Notes: generated from the sequence alone by a model not told the origin. Positions 27,440-37,597 are shown, counted from the stretch's first letter. The stretch is 64,000 nucleotides of DNA from an uncultured bacterium (GCA_963736115.1 CAVTNR010000012.1:352001-416000), one strand, 5' to 3'. Numbers and translations are program-made.

Positions 27440-29415
27440 GGAACCCCGCCCGGAAACAGCCGGGCCATGGCTTCATCGAGCCGGCCGAGCCGGTTTTCCC
27501 AGAGAAACTCTTTCTTCAGCGCCTCGAAATCCGCACCGTCCACGGGTCTGTTTTCCTTCAGGATTCGGACGATCGCTTCAGGGAATTCTTCGATCGGGCA
27601 CACCGTCAGCCTGGAAAATCCGCGCGGCACGGCCCGGGCGCCGGTTTCCGTGGCCACGACAGGCTTGCCGCAGGCCAGGGATTCAACGACCTTGGTCGGC
27701 ATGCCCCAGCCGCCGGTCATGGGCGAAATCACGACGTCGGCCCGCCGGATGAGGTCGGCCACGGATTCCACGAATCCGGTGAATTCAAAAGCCGGATGGC
27801 TGAGTTCAAGCGGCGGATGCGCGCCCGCGAATTGAAAGCGGACTCGGGGAGATTCCTTCAGAACCCGGTCCGCGATTCGGTCGCGCACTGCAGCCACCGC
27901 TTCCCGGTTCGTGGAAATGGCGTAATTGCCGAAGAACAGGATGATTTTCGGGTTGTTCTTTTTCGGCTTGTACCGGGGGTTGAGTACCGTATCGTCAAAG
28001 CCCTGCGGCACGACCGTGATTTTGTCCGGCTTGGTCCACCGGCTGTAGAATGCCGCATCCTCTTCCGAGATCGCGACGAGCAGGCGGCATTTTTTCACGG
28101 CCTTTTTCTCCGCGGACCGGACCAGCGGCACCAGGGGCAAGCGCCTGAAGTCGGACTTCGCCTTGCCGAGATACTGCCGATACTCGATGTTGTGCGAGGC
28201 ATACACGAAAGGCACGCCGAAACGCTTGGAGAGCTTCACTCCGTATTTGCCTGCCAGGCCGTAATCGCAGAAGATCAGGTCGTAGCGGTTCTTTTCGAGA
28301 AGCCGGGCCGCCGCGCTATACAGGGGTTTACTGAATAGAAAATATCCCTTCTGTGAAAAAGGAATCGCGATTTTTTCTCCGACCCCTTTCAGTCGGTTCC
28401 CGTACTTTTCCTCGAGAGCCGGATCGCCGGGATGCCCGGATCCGGTCATGTACACCAAGTCCAGGCTGTGCCGCCGGCTGAGAAAATTGACGAACTCGCC
28501 GCCACGCGCGCCGGCTCCAGTGTAGGGCACGGCCGGGTCGTACATGGAGAGGTACAGGATGCGTTTGGAATGCGGCGACCACAGCATGCCGGACTTCCCC
28601 GCGAATGCTGTTTTGGATTGCGGCGGCTGTGTCGCCGCTTTTCGATCCGCGGCGTTTTTCTGCCCGCCCTTGACGGCTCCGAGTTTCCGTTGGCGGACCA
28701 CCTTCGCGGGCACGCCGGCCGCGATGGCATAATCAGCCACGTCGCGGTTGACCACCGATCCTGCGCCGATCACCGCGTGCCTGCCCACGGACACGCCGTC
28801 GAATACCGTGACGTGCGCGCCGATCCACCCGCCGGGCCCGATCCGGATGCCTTTGGACTCGCGGCCCTGGTTCAGGACCGGAACCGCGGGATCATCGAAC
28901 CGGTGCGTGCCGCCGACCAGGTACACGTACGCGGCCAGCAATTCCTCCGCGCCCACAACCACTTCGCTCGCGCTGAAAATCGTGCAGTTCGAGCCGATAT
29001 TGGCGCGGTCTTCGAGTGTGATGTCGCCGTTCTTGCAGTTGAGTATGGTGTTCCGGCCGAGAAACACGCCGTCGCCGATCCGGATGCCGTTGTTGTCCTG
29101 ACCCTTTGCGTCGAGCACGCATCCGTCGTCGATCACCGCGCCGTCACCGATCTCGATTTTTCCGGGATGACGCAGTACGACGCCGCGGCCGAACGTCACG
29201 CCGCGGCCCGTACGGCCGAGAAGTTTCGGGTAGAGTTTGGATCGAAGCAACAGCCCGGCCGCTCCCGGCATGGAGCCGCAGAGCGCGGTGATACACTCGA
29301 ACCGGATCAGCTTCAGCAGGCTCCGCTCGCCCAGGATGAGGTCCTGGTATTTCGCGAGCTTGCCTCCGCCTGAGGCGAATTCCTTCTGAATTTCGATGGT
29401 TTCGGTTTTGGCCAT
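27436..29415 (-). CDS. Fusion of hexapeptide-repeat (LbH) acyltransferase and GT4 glycosyltransferase
   Basis: N-part has IEIGDG/IRIGDG/WIGA/IGAGSVV/AGVPAKVV; C-part has RILYLS, SHNIE, PTKVVESLACGKPVVAT; no stop between them. Confidence 0.8.
   Translation of the reverse strand: MAKTETIEIQKEFASGGGKLAKYQDLILGERSLLKLIRFECITALCGSMPGAAGLLLRSKLYPKLLGRTGRGVTFGRGVVLRHPGKIEIGDGAVIDDGCVLDAKGQDNNGIRIGDGVFLGRNTILNCKNGDITLEDRANIGSNCTIFSASEVVVGAEELLAAYVYLVGGTHRFDDPAVPVLNQGRESKGIRIGPGGWIGAHVTVFDGVSVGRHAVIGAGSVVNRDVADYAIAAGVPAKVVRQRKLGAVKGGQKNAADRKAATQPPQSKTAFAGKSGMLWSPHSKRILYLSMYDPAVPYTGAGARGGEFVNFLSRRHSLDLVYMTGSGHPGDPALEEKYGNRLKGVGEKIAIPFSQKGYFLFSKPLYSAAARLLEKNRYDLIFCDYGLAGKYGVKLSKRFGVPFVYASHNIEYRQYLGKAKSDFRRLPLVPLVRSAEKKAVKKCRLLVAISEEDAAFYSRWTKPDKITVVPQGFDDTVLNPRYKPKKNNPKIILFFGNYAISTNREAVAAVRDRIADRVLKESPRVRFQFAGAHPPLELSHPAFEFTGFVESVADLIRRADVVISPMTGGWGMPTKVVESLACGKPVVATETGARAVPRGFSRLTVCPIEEFPEAIVRILKENRPVDGADFEALKKEFLWENRLGRLDEAMARLFPGGVP
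28564..28642. repeat. Two degenerate REP-like units inside the fusion linker
   Basis: TTTGGAATGCGGCGAC and TTTGGATTGCGGCGGCTGTGTCGCCGCTTT resemble TTTGGAGTGCGGCGACAGGTTGCCGCTTT at 52684. Confidence 0.65.
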
Positions 29416-29541
29416 AGCGACTCTTCCGCTCCCGAACATACATACGGATTTCATAAATTTATTTCGTCATGTCATCCCCGCGTACGTGTCTTTTTCATCC
29501 GCGTCAGCGGACGGGGATCCAGTCACTTTTTACACAATCTC

Positions 29542-30516
29542 CTACAACAGCCCCTGCTCCTTGTACCACGCCCCCGTCCTCGCGAGACCCTCGGCAAGAT
29601 CGATCTTCGGGTCATACCCGAGAATCCGTTTCGCCTTGGCAATGTCGAATGCCCTGTCCTTCACAAAAAATTCCACGCGCCTGGGGTAGATCGGCGGGGG
29701 AATACGGAAGGGACGGCAGACCTTCTCGCAGACCGCGGCGGCCGCGAGGAACGGCCCCACGGGAATGTGGATGCGTGACGGTTTCGTGCCGAGCACGGCC
29801 GCGATTGCGGCGTAGAGCTCGTTGAGCGTCGTGTACCGCGGACCGGCCAGGGTGAAGATCTGTCCCTCAATGCCTGCCGTTTCCCCGACGAGGCGTATCC
29901 CTTCAACAAGATCGTCGATAAAGGTCAGATGGTAGAGAACGTTTCCCGATCCGATCATGGGCTTGCGTACGTTCCGGAACAGCTTCAAAAAGCGCGTGTC
30001 ACCCGGCCCGTAAATGCCCACCGGCCGGAACACGGCGATGGGCGCTCCCTTCTCCCTGAAATACCGGAGCGCGAGAATCTCGCCCTCCATTTTGGATTCC
30101 TGGTAATGGTCGCCTGGATTGTACGGCGCCTCTTCCGTGGCTGGCGGATTCGAGATGTCGCCCTGCACGCCGACCGTACTGCAGTGCACGAAGCGCTTCA
30201 CCCCGGACCTCATCGAGGCCTCGATGAGGTTCTTCGTGCCGCCGACATTGACGTTGAAGAACAACCGCCTCGGCACATTCTCCTCGCGGTACACGGCCGC
30301 GATGTGGTACACGGTTTCAACGTCCCGGACAGCGGCGTCCAGGGTCTCCGGTTTGGTCAGGTCCCCGATGACCGGCTCGATGCCGGCCTGGACCAGCGCA
30401 CCGGTGTCGCTTCCCGGAAGCACCAGGGTCCGCACCTGAAGGCCACGGCCCGCGAGATGCCGGCACAGATGCCCGCCCGTGTAACCGGCGCCGCCTGTCA
30501 CGAGTACGCGACTCAT
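29542..30516 (-). CDS. NAD-dependent epimerase/dehydratase (extended SDR)
   Basis: VTGGAGYTG, HIAA, NVGGT, YQESK (YxxxK), RPVGIYGPGD; ATGA overlap. Confidence 0.9.
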   Translation of the reverse strand: MSRVLVTGGAGYTGGHLCRHLAGRGLQVRTLVLPGSDTGALVQAGIEPVIGDLTKPETLDAAVRDVETVYHIAAVYREENVPRRLFFNVNVGGTKNLIEASMRSGVKRFVHCSTVGVQGDISNPPATEEAPYNPGDHYQESKMEGEILALRYFREKGAPIAVFRPVGIYGPGDTRFLKLFRNVRKPMIGSGNVLYHLTFIDDLVEGIRLVGETAGIEGQIFTLAGPRYTTLNELYAAIAAVLGTKPSRIHIPVGPFLAAAAVCEKVCRPFRIPPPIYPRRVEFFVKDRAFDIAKAKRILGYDPKIDLAEGLARTGAWYKEQGLL

Positions 30517-32204
30517 GCGGCGGGCTCCCGTGCCGGCACGTATGCGGCTTCCGCGTCCCGGATTTCGCTTTTCAGCCTGGCCTCGTCCCATCCGAGTTCC
30601 GCGGCCATGAGCCGTCCGCAGGCCTCCAGCGCCTCCGCGCCCGGATGCTTCGCGGACCCCAGGCCCGTCCTCCGCCGCACCACATCGGCCAGCCGCACCG
30701 CGGCCTCCTCACGCACCGCGTGCACGATCTGTCCGCCGATCACTTCAACGGAGCCGGGCAGGGTTTTCCCCAGCTCCGGCCGGCCTTCGATGAGTTTCAG
30801 CACCGCGGGGTAATCCGTGCCGTACTGCGACAGCAGATGGTTCAGGACGGCCGGCGCAAGTCCGAACGGTGCGCTGGTCCTGACGTTCTCAGCGAAGGAG
30901 TCGAACCGCCGGATGTCCCCGCCGCGCAGGGGCGTATTCCGGGAAACCGACTGCCCGACCGGCGCATGCAGTTTCTTCACCAGGAGCTTCACGGTCCTTT
31001 CCGCCACGTCACGGGCCGTTGTGTATTTGACCCCGACCACGGATACGATGCCCTCCACGCCGTTCTCAATGGAATGGTCGTGAATGCGGTAATGCGGCGT
31101 CAGCCGCACTTCGCCCGTTTTCGGGTTCACTCCCTCCATGGGCAGGAATCCCTTGTGGAAGAAGGACACATCCTCGCGCCGGAACGCGGCGCCCGGAACC
31201 GCCCGGCCGATCTCGGCGAGAGCCGATTCGATGTCCGATTCGGTGACCGCCATGGCCTCAGGATCGCCCGTGTACGGCTTGTGAAAGGTGCCGGCCAGAG
31301 TGACGCCCTGCCAGGGCGCGACGAACAGCACCCGGCTGCCGCGGTATTCACTGCCGTCCGCCCGTCGGTGGGTGAAACGCCCGCTCACTCCCGCGGCGCA
31401 TCCCGGGAGCAGTCCGCGGTTCAGTACGAGATTCATGGCCGTGGACAACCGGATCATTTTATTCTGGATGCCCGGGACGGCCCTGGCAAGCACCGGGTCC
31501 GCGAATCCGCCCGAGGCGTTCAGGACCATGCGTGACCGCACTTCGAATTCCGTGCCCGTGAGGGTATCCTTCACCATCGCGCCTGAGATGCGGTTTTTGA
31601 CCCGCAGAAAATCAACCGCCTGCGTGTAATTCGCGCACACCGCTCCGGCCTGATCGGCCGACAGAACGAAGGCCAGCAGGAGCCGCTCTGAATTGACCAT
31701 CTGGGCGTCGGACCAGTAAGCGCCGCCCGTGACCCGGCCGCCGTCGATGCCCGGCACCAGGCCGATGCAGGTTTCCCTTGAAACGACCCGGCCACGCGGG
31801 ATCCGGTGTTCCGGGTCCAGCCCGTGGTTCCGGTCGAAACTCAGGATGTCGTTCGCGATCATGCCGAACCGCATCACCCACTTGCTTTTCATCATCAGGC
31901 CGTAGGTCGGCATGACGCAACACATGGGCCTCACCAGATGCGGCGCAACGGCCAACAGGATGCGCCTTTCGCGCACCGACTCGCGCACGCGGGCCAGGTC
32001 GAGGGTCTGCAGGTAACGCAGGCCGCCGTGCACGATCTTGAGGCTGTTGGCTGAAGTCAGCCCGCCGAAATCGGCCTTCTCGACGAGGGCCGTGCGGAGC
32101 CCGCGCGAGGCGGCTTCCCAGGCGGCCGTCGCGCCGTAAATGCCGCCGCCGATGATTAAAACATCGAACTCGGTGTTCTGGAGCTTTTTAAGATCTCTGA
32201 TCAT
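30513..32204 (-). CDS. FAD-dependent glycerol-3-phosphate dehydrogenase/oxidase family protein
   Basis: DVLIIGGGIYG, TSANSLKIVHGGLRYL, GVKYTTAR, DVVRRRT. Confidence 0.88.
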   Translation of the reverse strand: MIRDLKKLQNTEFDVLIIGGGIYGATAAWEAASRGLRTALVEKADFGGLTSANSLKIVHGGLRYLQTLDLARVRESVRERRILLAVAPHLVRPMCCVMPTYGLMMKSKWVMRFGMIANDILSFDRNHGLDPEHRIPRGRVVSRETCIGLVPGIDGGRVTGGAYWSDAQMVNSERLLLAFVLSADQAGAVCANYTQAVDFLRVKNRISGAMVKDTLTGTEFEVRSRMVLNASGGFADPVLARAVPGIQNKMIRLSTAMNLVLNRGLLPGCAAGVSGRFTHRRADGSEYRGSRVLFVAPWQGVTLAGTFHKPYTGDPEAMAVTESDIESALAEIGRAVPGAAFRREDVSFFHKGFLPMEGVNPKTGEVRLTPHYRIHDHSIENGVEGIVSVVGVKYTTARDVAERTVKLLVKKLHAPVGQSVSRNTPLRGGDIRRFDSFAENVRTSAPFGLAPAVLNHLLSQYGTDYPAVLKLIEGRPELGKTLPGSVEVIGGQIVHAVREEAAVRLADVVRRRTGLGSAKHPGAEALEACGRLMAAELGWDEARLKSEIRDAEAAYVPAREPAA

Positions 32205-32244
32205 TTTGTCATCCGATGAGTTTCATGGGCGGTTCAGGTTATAT

Positions 32245-32328
32245 GTTCATAGTTCATGGTTCATAGTTAGAAGAGTGAAGCGGCGGTTTTCCTTTCCCTA
32301 TTTTAACTATGAACCATGAACTATGAAC
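32245..32328. repeat. Perfect 25-bp inverted repeat built from GTTCAT(A/G) heptamers
   Basis: GTTCATAGTTCATGGTTCATAGTTA (32245-32269) / TAACTATGAACCATGAACTATGAAC (32304-32328). Confidence 0.9.
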
Positions 32329-32329
32329 T

Positions 32330-33118
32330 TTATTTCTCGGCAAACCCCATGAGATGCCACCCGTACTTCCGCACCAGGGGCCTGGGAACGGCGTTGAAAG
32401 CGCCGACGAAAACGGTGTTGAAGAGAAACGCCTTGAGTCCCTTCTGGTGCAGTTTGGAACGGACCGGGAAACGCTCCGGCACGATTTCCGTCCTCGCGAA
32501 GCCGGACAGCAGGTCCCGGAATTCCCGTATGGTGTACATGTTCAGCACCGGCGCGTCCTCGTGCTCCAGGGGCACGTGGAAACGTTTCGACATCAGAGCG
32601 AGCCATCCCTTCCGGTTGTAGACCATGGAGATGAACAGACCGCCCGGCTTCAGCACGCGCCGTGCCTCCCCGATCAGGGCCCGGGCATCGGCCGTGTACT
32701 GAATCACGCCGTGGCCGTACACGACGTCGAACGTCCCGTCCGGAAATTCCAGTGCCTCGGCGTTCATGACGCGGAGGTCCGCGGAGAGCCCGCGCTGGCC
32801 GAGGTTTTGACGCGCCAGATCGACGGCGGTCTGCGACAGGTCCACGCCCGTGCACAGGGCGCCCCCTCCCGCGAACCGGGCCAGGTCGATTCCCGCGCCG
32901 CATCCGACTTCCAGCAGGGTTTTCCCCCGGAACCCGGAAAAATCCACAAGCCGCGGCAGGTAATGAAGCTTCTCGAAACGGTAGGCGTCCAGGTCCTCGA
33001 AGAATCCGGGCGTCCCCACCGGGTGCCGGACGATTTCCAGGTCGTGAATGCGCTCGTTCCAGTAACGACGGACGGCTTCGATGGTCTCGGCGCGTCCCGG
33101 TTGGGTCGGTTCAGGCAT
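32330..33118 (-). CDS. Class I SAM-dependent methyltransferase
   Basis: LLEVGCGAG, GVDLS, FPDGTFDVV, RVLKPGG. Confidence 0.92.
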   Translation of the reverse strand: MPEPTQPGRAETIEAVRRYWNERIHDLEIVRHPVGTPGFFEDLDAYRFEKLHYLPRLVDFSGFRGKTLLEVGCGAGIDLARFAGGGALCTGVDLSQTAVDLARQNLGQRGLSADLRVMNAEALEFPDGTFDVVYGHGVIQYTADARALIGEARRVLKPGGLFISMVYNRKGWLALMSKRFHVPLEHEDAPVLNMYTIREFRDLLSGFARTEIVPERFPVRSKLHQKGLKAFLFNTVFVGAFNAVPRPLVRKYGWHLMGFAEK

Positions 33119-35006
33119 GCGTGCTCCCCGCGTACAGGTCAAACCACTGCTCGAATACCATGAGGGCCCACAGCTTGTGGCTGTGGTTCTCGACGCCGTC
33201 CATGTGCTCCCGCACCAGACCGGAAATAAATTCCGGACGGAACAGCCCCTGCCTGCGGATCCGCTCCTCGGACAGGAGGTCGAGCATCATGGGTTTCAGT
33301 TCGTTGCGGATCCAGTTCTTGATCGGGATGGAAAAACCCTGCTTGCCGCGGTTCTGCACTTCGGCAGGCAGGTCGTCCCAGAACGCTTTTTTGAGAATGT
33401 ATTTGGTCTTGAATCCCTTCATCTTCAGCTCCGGCGGAAGAGACAGCGCGAATTCCACGATCCGGTGGTCCAGATAGGGCACCCGGGCCTCCAGGGAAAC
33501 CGCCATGGACATCCGGTCGACCTTCACGAGAATGTCGTCCGGGAGATAGGTCTTGACGTCCACATATCCCGTCTTCGCCACGTCCTCCACATTTCCCGCC
33601 TCCCGGCCGAACCGGAGCAGGGATTCGTAGGGTGTTTCAGCGCCCAGGGACGCGAACGCGTCATCCGTGAACAGGGCGCGGCGCTCAGCTTCGGACAGGA
33701 ACACCATCCATCGGCCGTGCATCAGTTCCTTCGGCAGCCAGGTTCCCTGCACGAATCGTTTGAAGCTGTTGACCGGTCCCTTCTTGCTCTCCGTGGGCGG
33801 CAGGGACCGCGCGAGCCGGTCGAGCAGGCCGCGCTTCACCGCCTTGGGCAGCCGGTGGTAGAACCGGCGGTCGAAACGGTGCGCGCGGTAGGTGTCATAT
33901 CCCGCGAACAGCTCGTCCCCGCCGTCACCCGACAGCACGACCGTGACATCCTCCCGCGCCATCTTCGAGACCAGGTAGGTGGGGAAAATGGAAAAATCCC
34001 CGAACGGCTCGTCGAACTGTCGGATCAGCGTCTCGGTGAGATCGAGGGCCTTCGGTTCGATGACGAGCTCGCGGTGCTCGGTGCCGTACTTCGCGGCCAC
34101 GGCGCGGGCGTATTTCAGCTCATTGTACGAGGACTCCTTGAACCCGATGGAGAAGGTCTTGACCGGCCGGTCCATGCAGGCCGCCATCCGGGACACCATG
34201 ATGGATGAGTCGATGCCGCCGGAGAGAAACGCGCCCAGGGGCACGTCCGATACCAGTTGGAGCCGGACCGCGTCGTGTACCAGGTGACGCAGGCGTTCCG
34301 CCGCCTCCGCCTCGGTCCAAGCCGCGGGCTGGGGGATTCCGGACCAGTACCGGCCCGTGCGGACGCCGCCGTCCCCGACCGTCATCCAGTGCCCCGGCTC
34401 CAGCTTGCGTATTTCCCGGAAAATGCTCTGCGGCGAGGGCACGTATTCGAAGGTCAGATACGCGTTCAATGCGTCGGGATCCAGGGTCCGTGTGACGCCC
34501 GGACACCGGAGAATGGCCTTGATTTCGGACGCGAACACCAGCTTTTCGGAGTCGCGGTACACGTACAGGGGTTTGACCCCCAGGTGGTCCCGGCCGAGCA
34601 TCATGCGCCTGCGCCGGCCGTCCCACAGGGCGAAGGCGAATATGCCGTTGAGCCGGCCGCACACATCCTCGCCCCACTCCTCGTACCCGTGCACGATGGT
34701 TTCCGTGTCGCTTTCCGTGCGGAACCGGTGCCCGGATTTCTCGAGAGCGGAACGGAGCTCACGGAAGTTGTAGATTTCGCCGTTAAAGACGATGGTGATC
34801 GATCCGTCCTCGTTGGACAGCGGCTGATGCCCGGTGCGGAGGTCGATGATCGAAAGCCGGCGCATGCCGATGCCCGCGGGGCCGAACACGGCGACGCCTT
34901 CGTCATCCGGCCCCCGGTGCCGGATCGCGCCGCACATATCCCGGAGCGCGGTCTCGGCGACCGGCCGCGACGGATCGAAATGAAAGATGCCGCTGATCCC
35001 GCACAC
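33111..35006 (-). CDS. asnB: Asparagine synthase (glutamine-hydrolysing) family amidotransferase, probably sugar-acid amidation
   Basis: MCGI (Ntn Cys), HRGPD, RLSIID, FNGEIYN, LSGGIDSS, SGDGGDE, KVDRMSM..SLEARVP. Confidence 0.93.
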   Translation of the reverse strand: MCGISGIFHFDPSRPVAETALRDMCGAIRHRGPDDEGVAVFGPAGIGMRRLSIIDLRTGHQPLSNEDGSITIVFNGEIYNFRELRSALEKSGHRFRTESDTETIVHGYEEWGEDVCGRLNGIFAFALWDGRRRRMMLGRDHLGVKPLYVYRDSEKLVFASEIKAILRCPGVTRTLDPDALNAYLTFEYVPSPQSIFREIRKLEPGHWMTVGDGGVRTGRYWSGIPQPAAWTEAEAAERLRHLVHDAVRLQLVSDVPLGAFLSGGIDSSIMVSRMAACMDRPVKTFSIGFKESSYNELKYARAVAAKYGTEHRELVIEPKALDLTETLIRQFDEPFGDFSIFPTYLVSKMAREDVTVVLSGDGGDELFAGYDTYRAHRFDRRFYHRLPKAVKRGLLDRLARSLPPTESKKGPVNSFKRFVQGTWLPKELMHGRWMVFLSEAERRALFTDDAFASLGAETPYESLLRFGREAGNVEDVAKTGYVDVKTYLPDDILVKVDRMSMAVSLEARVPYLDHRIVEFALSLPPELKMKGFKTKYILKKAFWDDLPAEVQNRGKQGFSIPIKNWIRNELKPMMLDLLSEERIRRQGLFRPEFISGLVREHMDGVENHSHKLWALMVFEQWFDLYAGSTHA

Positions 35007-35007
35007 G

Positions 35008-36180
35008 TCAGCGTCTCCGGTTCGCGAGCGCCGATTGGGCCGCGCGGCCGAGCTTTTCCAGATAAACCCGGTAGCTGTATTTCGCCTCGGCCAGCCGGAC
35101 CGCGGCCCTGCCGATGCGGCCGGCGAAGGATTTGTCCCTGAGCAGGCGGACGATTCCGGCGCCGAAAGCCGCCGGATCCGGGTCGGTCAGGACGGCCGTA
35201 CGATCATCGAGCACCTGGGTGTGCGTCCACAGCCGGGTCGCGACCATGGGCACACCGGACCGGAGATAGGCGTAGAGTTTCAGCGGCGTGTTTGTCCCGC
35301 GCGTGCGCGGGGAAACCAGCACATCGGCGCACCGGATGTAGCTGTTGACTTCCTGCGGCTTCACCTGGCCGGTGAACGTGAAGGCGCCGGTCAGCCCCCT
35401 GTCCGCGACGGACTTCCGGACGGATGCCACCTGGTCCGGGTGCCCGCCGACCATGAGAAAACGCACCTTCGGGATTTTCCGGACGACCGGGGCCGCCGAT
35501 TCCACGAGCAGGTCCAGACCCTGGTACGGCTCGAACGTGCCGGTGTACAGGACGACCGGCCCCCGGCCCAGCGTTTTCCGAACGGCCGCGGACCGGTCTT
35601 CTTCGCCGAACACCATGCCGTAGTCCACGACGTTTTCAATCATCAGGGAATTTTTTTCGGGGAACTTCCGCCGGACATGATCGGCCAGGTCCGGGCAGAT
35701 GGGAATAACCGCGTCCGCGTGGGCCAGAATCCAGTCTTCCACCGCCTCGAAGGCCCGGACGAGCGGCCGGGAGCGGGAGAACTGAAAATTGCCGAGCTGC
35801 TGCGGCAGGCTGGAATGCATGTCGTACACATGCGGAATTCCGAACCAGCGCGACAGCCAGACGCCCCAGAGTCCGGCCTCCTCGTGCGTGTGGATGAGGT
35901 CATGCCTGCGGCGGGAGGCCCAGGCGAACGATTTCACCGCCAGCAGGAAATCGAGGGGGAGCTTGGCAAGCGAGGGACCGATCTTGACCCTGCGGATCCC
36001 GGGGATTGCGGCGACGCGGTGGATCCGCACGCGGGGCAGACGGACGTCCGCGCCCATGGAATACGTGAGCAGATCGACTTCATGCCCCAGGTCCGAGTAG
36101 GCCTTGAGCCGCCCGACCACCGAAAGCGGTGTGCCCCGCGGTTCGAAAATCGGTTCCGGAGCGATCATGAGGATGCGCAT
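35008..36180 (-). CDS. GT4 glycosyltransferase
   Basis: MRILMIAP, YTGTFEPYQG, SPR..GTNTPLKLYAYL..G.P. Confidence 0.88.
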   Translation of the reverse strand: MRILMIAPEPIFEPRGTPLSVVGRLKAYSDLGHEVDLLTYSMGADVRLPRVRIHRVAAIPGIRRVKIGPSLAKLPLDFLLAVKSFAWASRRRHDLIHTHEEAGLWGVWLSRWFGIPHVYDMHSSLPQQLGNFQFSRSRPLVRAFEAVEDWILAHADAVIPICPDLADHVRRKFPEKNSLMIENVVDYGMVFGEEDRSAAVRKTLGRGPVVLYTGTFEPYQGLDLLVESAAPVVRKIPKVRFLMVGGHPDQVASVRKSVADRGLTGAFTFTGQVKPQEVNSYIRCADVLVSPRTRGTNTPLKLYAYLRSGVPMVATRLWTHTQVLDDRTAVLTDPDPAAFGAGIVRLLRDKSFAGRIGRAAVRLAEAKYSYRVYLEKLGRAAQSALANRRR

Positions 36181-36184
36181 GGAC

Positions 36185-37483
36185 TCACCGCCCCATGGCG
36201 ACGTATTGAAAGCCCGCCTCGCGCATCTTTTTCGGTTCGTAAATATTCCGCAAGTCCGCGACCGCGGGAGTTTTCATGGCCTCCCGGATCTTCTGGATCT
36301 CGAGGTTGCGGAACTGGTTCCACTCGGTCATGAAGACCAGGCAGTCGGCGCCCGTTGCGGCGTCGTACGCGTCCTTGCAGTACGTCACGCCTTTGAGCAC
36401 CTTCGCCGCCTCCGCGTGCGCCACCGGGTCATAGGCGCGGACCGAGGCCCCCGCCTCCTGCAGTTTCCGGATGATGTCGACGGAGGGCGCGTCGCGCATG
36501 TCGTCCGTGTTCGGCTTGAAGGAGAGCCCGAGCAGGGCGACTGTCTTTCCCTTGAGGTCTCCGGCGGCCTGCCGGATCTTTTCAAACGCGATCTCCCGCT
36601 GACGCGCGTTCACGTCCACCGCCGAACGGACGATTTTCAGCTCCAGCCCCGCCTTTTTCCCGACCTCGACCAGGGCCAGCGTGTCCTTCGGGAAGCAAGA
36701 TCCGCCGTATCCCGGACCGGGATGCAGAAACTTGGAGCCGATGCGGCGGTCCAGACCCATTCCCTTGGCCACGTGATGCACGTCGGCGCCCACGCGGTCG
36801 CAGAGCGCGGCGATCTCGTTGATGAACGAGATCTTCATGGCCAGGAAAGCATTGGACGCGTACTTGACGAGTTCGGCGGTTTCGAGGTTGGTGATGACGA
36901 AAGGCGTTTCAATAAGGTACAGCGGCGAATAGAGGTCCTTCATGATGGCGACGGCTTCCGCGTCCTCGGCGCCGATGACCACGCGGTCGGGCCGCATGAA
37001 ATCCTCGATCGCCGACCCTTCCCGCAGGAATTCGGGGTTCGAGCACACGCTGAACCGGTGGGGCTCCTTCTGGTGACGGGTGATGATGTCCTTGACCCAG
37101 CCGCCCGTGCCCACCGGGACGGTGCTCTTGTTCACCACCACCTTGTACCCGTTCATCGACTCGGCGATGCCGCGGGCCACCTGCTCGATGTACTGCAGGT
37201 CGGCGGACCCGTCCGCCTTGGGCGGTGTTCCGACCGCGATGAAGACCACCAGCGACCGTTCCACCGCGGACCGCAGATCGGTGGTGAAGGTCAGCCGGCC
37301 TTCCTTGACGTTCCGGCTGATCAGGGCGTCGAGCCCCGGCTCGTAGATCGGAACGCCCCCCGAGTTCAGGGTCCGGATTTTCTCCTCGTTGGCGTCCACG
37401 CAGATGACGTCGACGCCGAATTCCGAGAAACAGGTGCCGGTCACAAGACCCACGTATCCCGTGCCTACGACGCAGATTCTCAA
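36185..37483 (-). CDS. ugd: UDP-glucose 6-dehydrogenase
   Basis: GTGYVG, KSTVPVGT, NPEFLREG, GYGGSCFPKD, FKPNTDD. Confidence 0.95.
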   Translation of the reverse strand: MRICVVGTGYVGLVTGTCFSEFGVDVICVDANEEKIRTLNSGGVPIYEPGLDALISRNVKEGRLTFTTDLRSAVERSLVVFIAVGTPPKADGSADLQYIEQVARGIAESMNGYKVVVNKSTVPVGTGGWVKDIITRHQKEPHRFSVCSNPEFLREGSAIEDFMRPDRVVIGAEDAEAVAIMKDLYSPLYLIETPFVITNLETAELVKYASNAFLAMKISFINEIAALCDRVGADVHHVAKGMGLDRRIGSKFLHPGPGYGGSCFPKDTLALVEVGKKAGLELKIVRSAVDVNARQREIAFEKIRQAAGDLKGKTVALLGLSFKPNTDDMRDAPSVDIIRKLQEAGASVRAYDPVAHAEAAKVLKGVTYCKDAYDAATGADCLVFMTEWNQFRNLEIQKIREAMKTPAVADLRNIYEPKKMREAGFQYVAMGR

Positions 37484-37597
37484 AGAAGCCTCCTTGTGCC
37501 TTTTACCGGCCGGCGGGGCGGTTTGCCGTCCGCGCCCGGGCCTTCGGAACGCGCGCCGCGAAGCGGATGGCGGCCGGCGCTCCGGAACAGGGACGGC

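Noticed and set aside
4694-35006. Lasso peptide cyclase role for the AsnB-like proteins
   Set aside because: No precursor peptide, B1/RRE or B2 protease is seen; the neighbours are glycosyltransferases.
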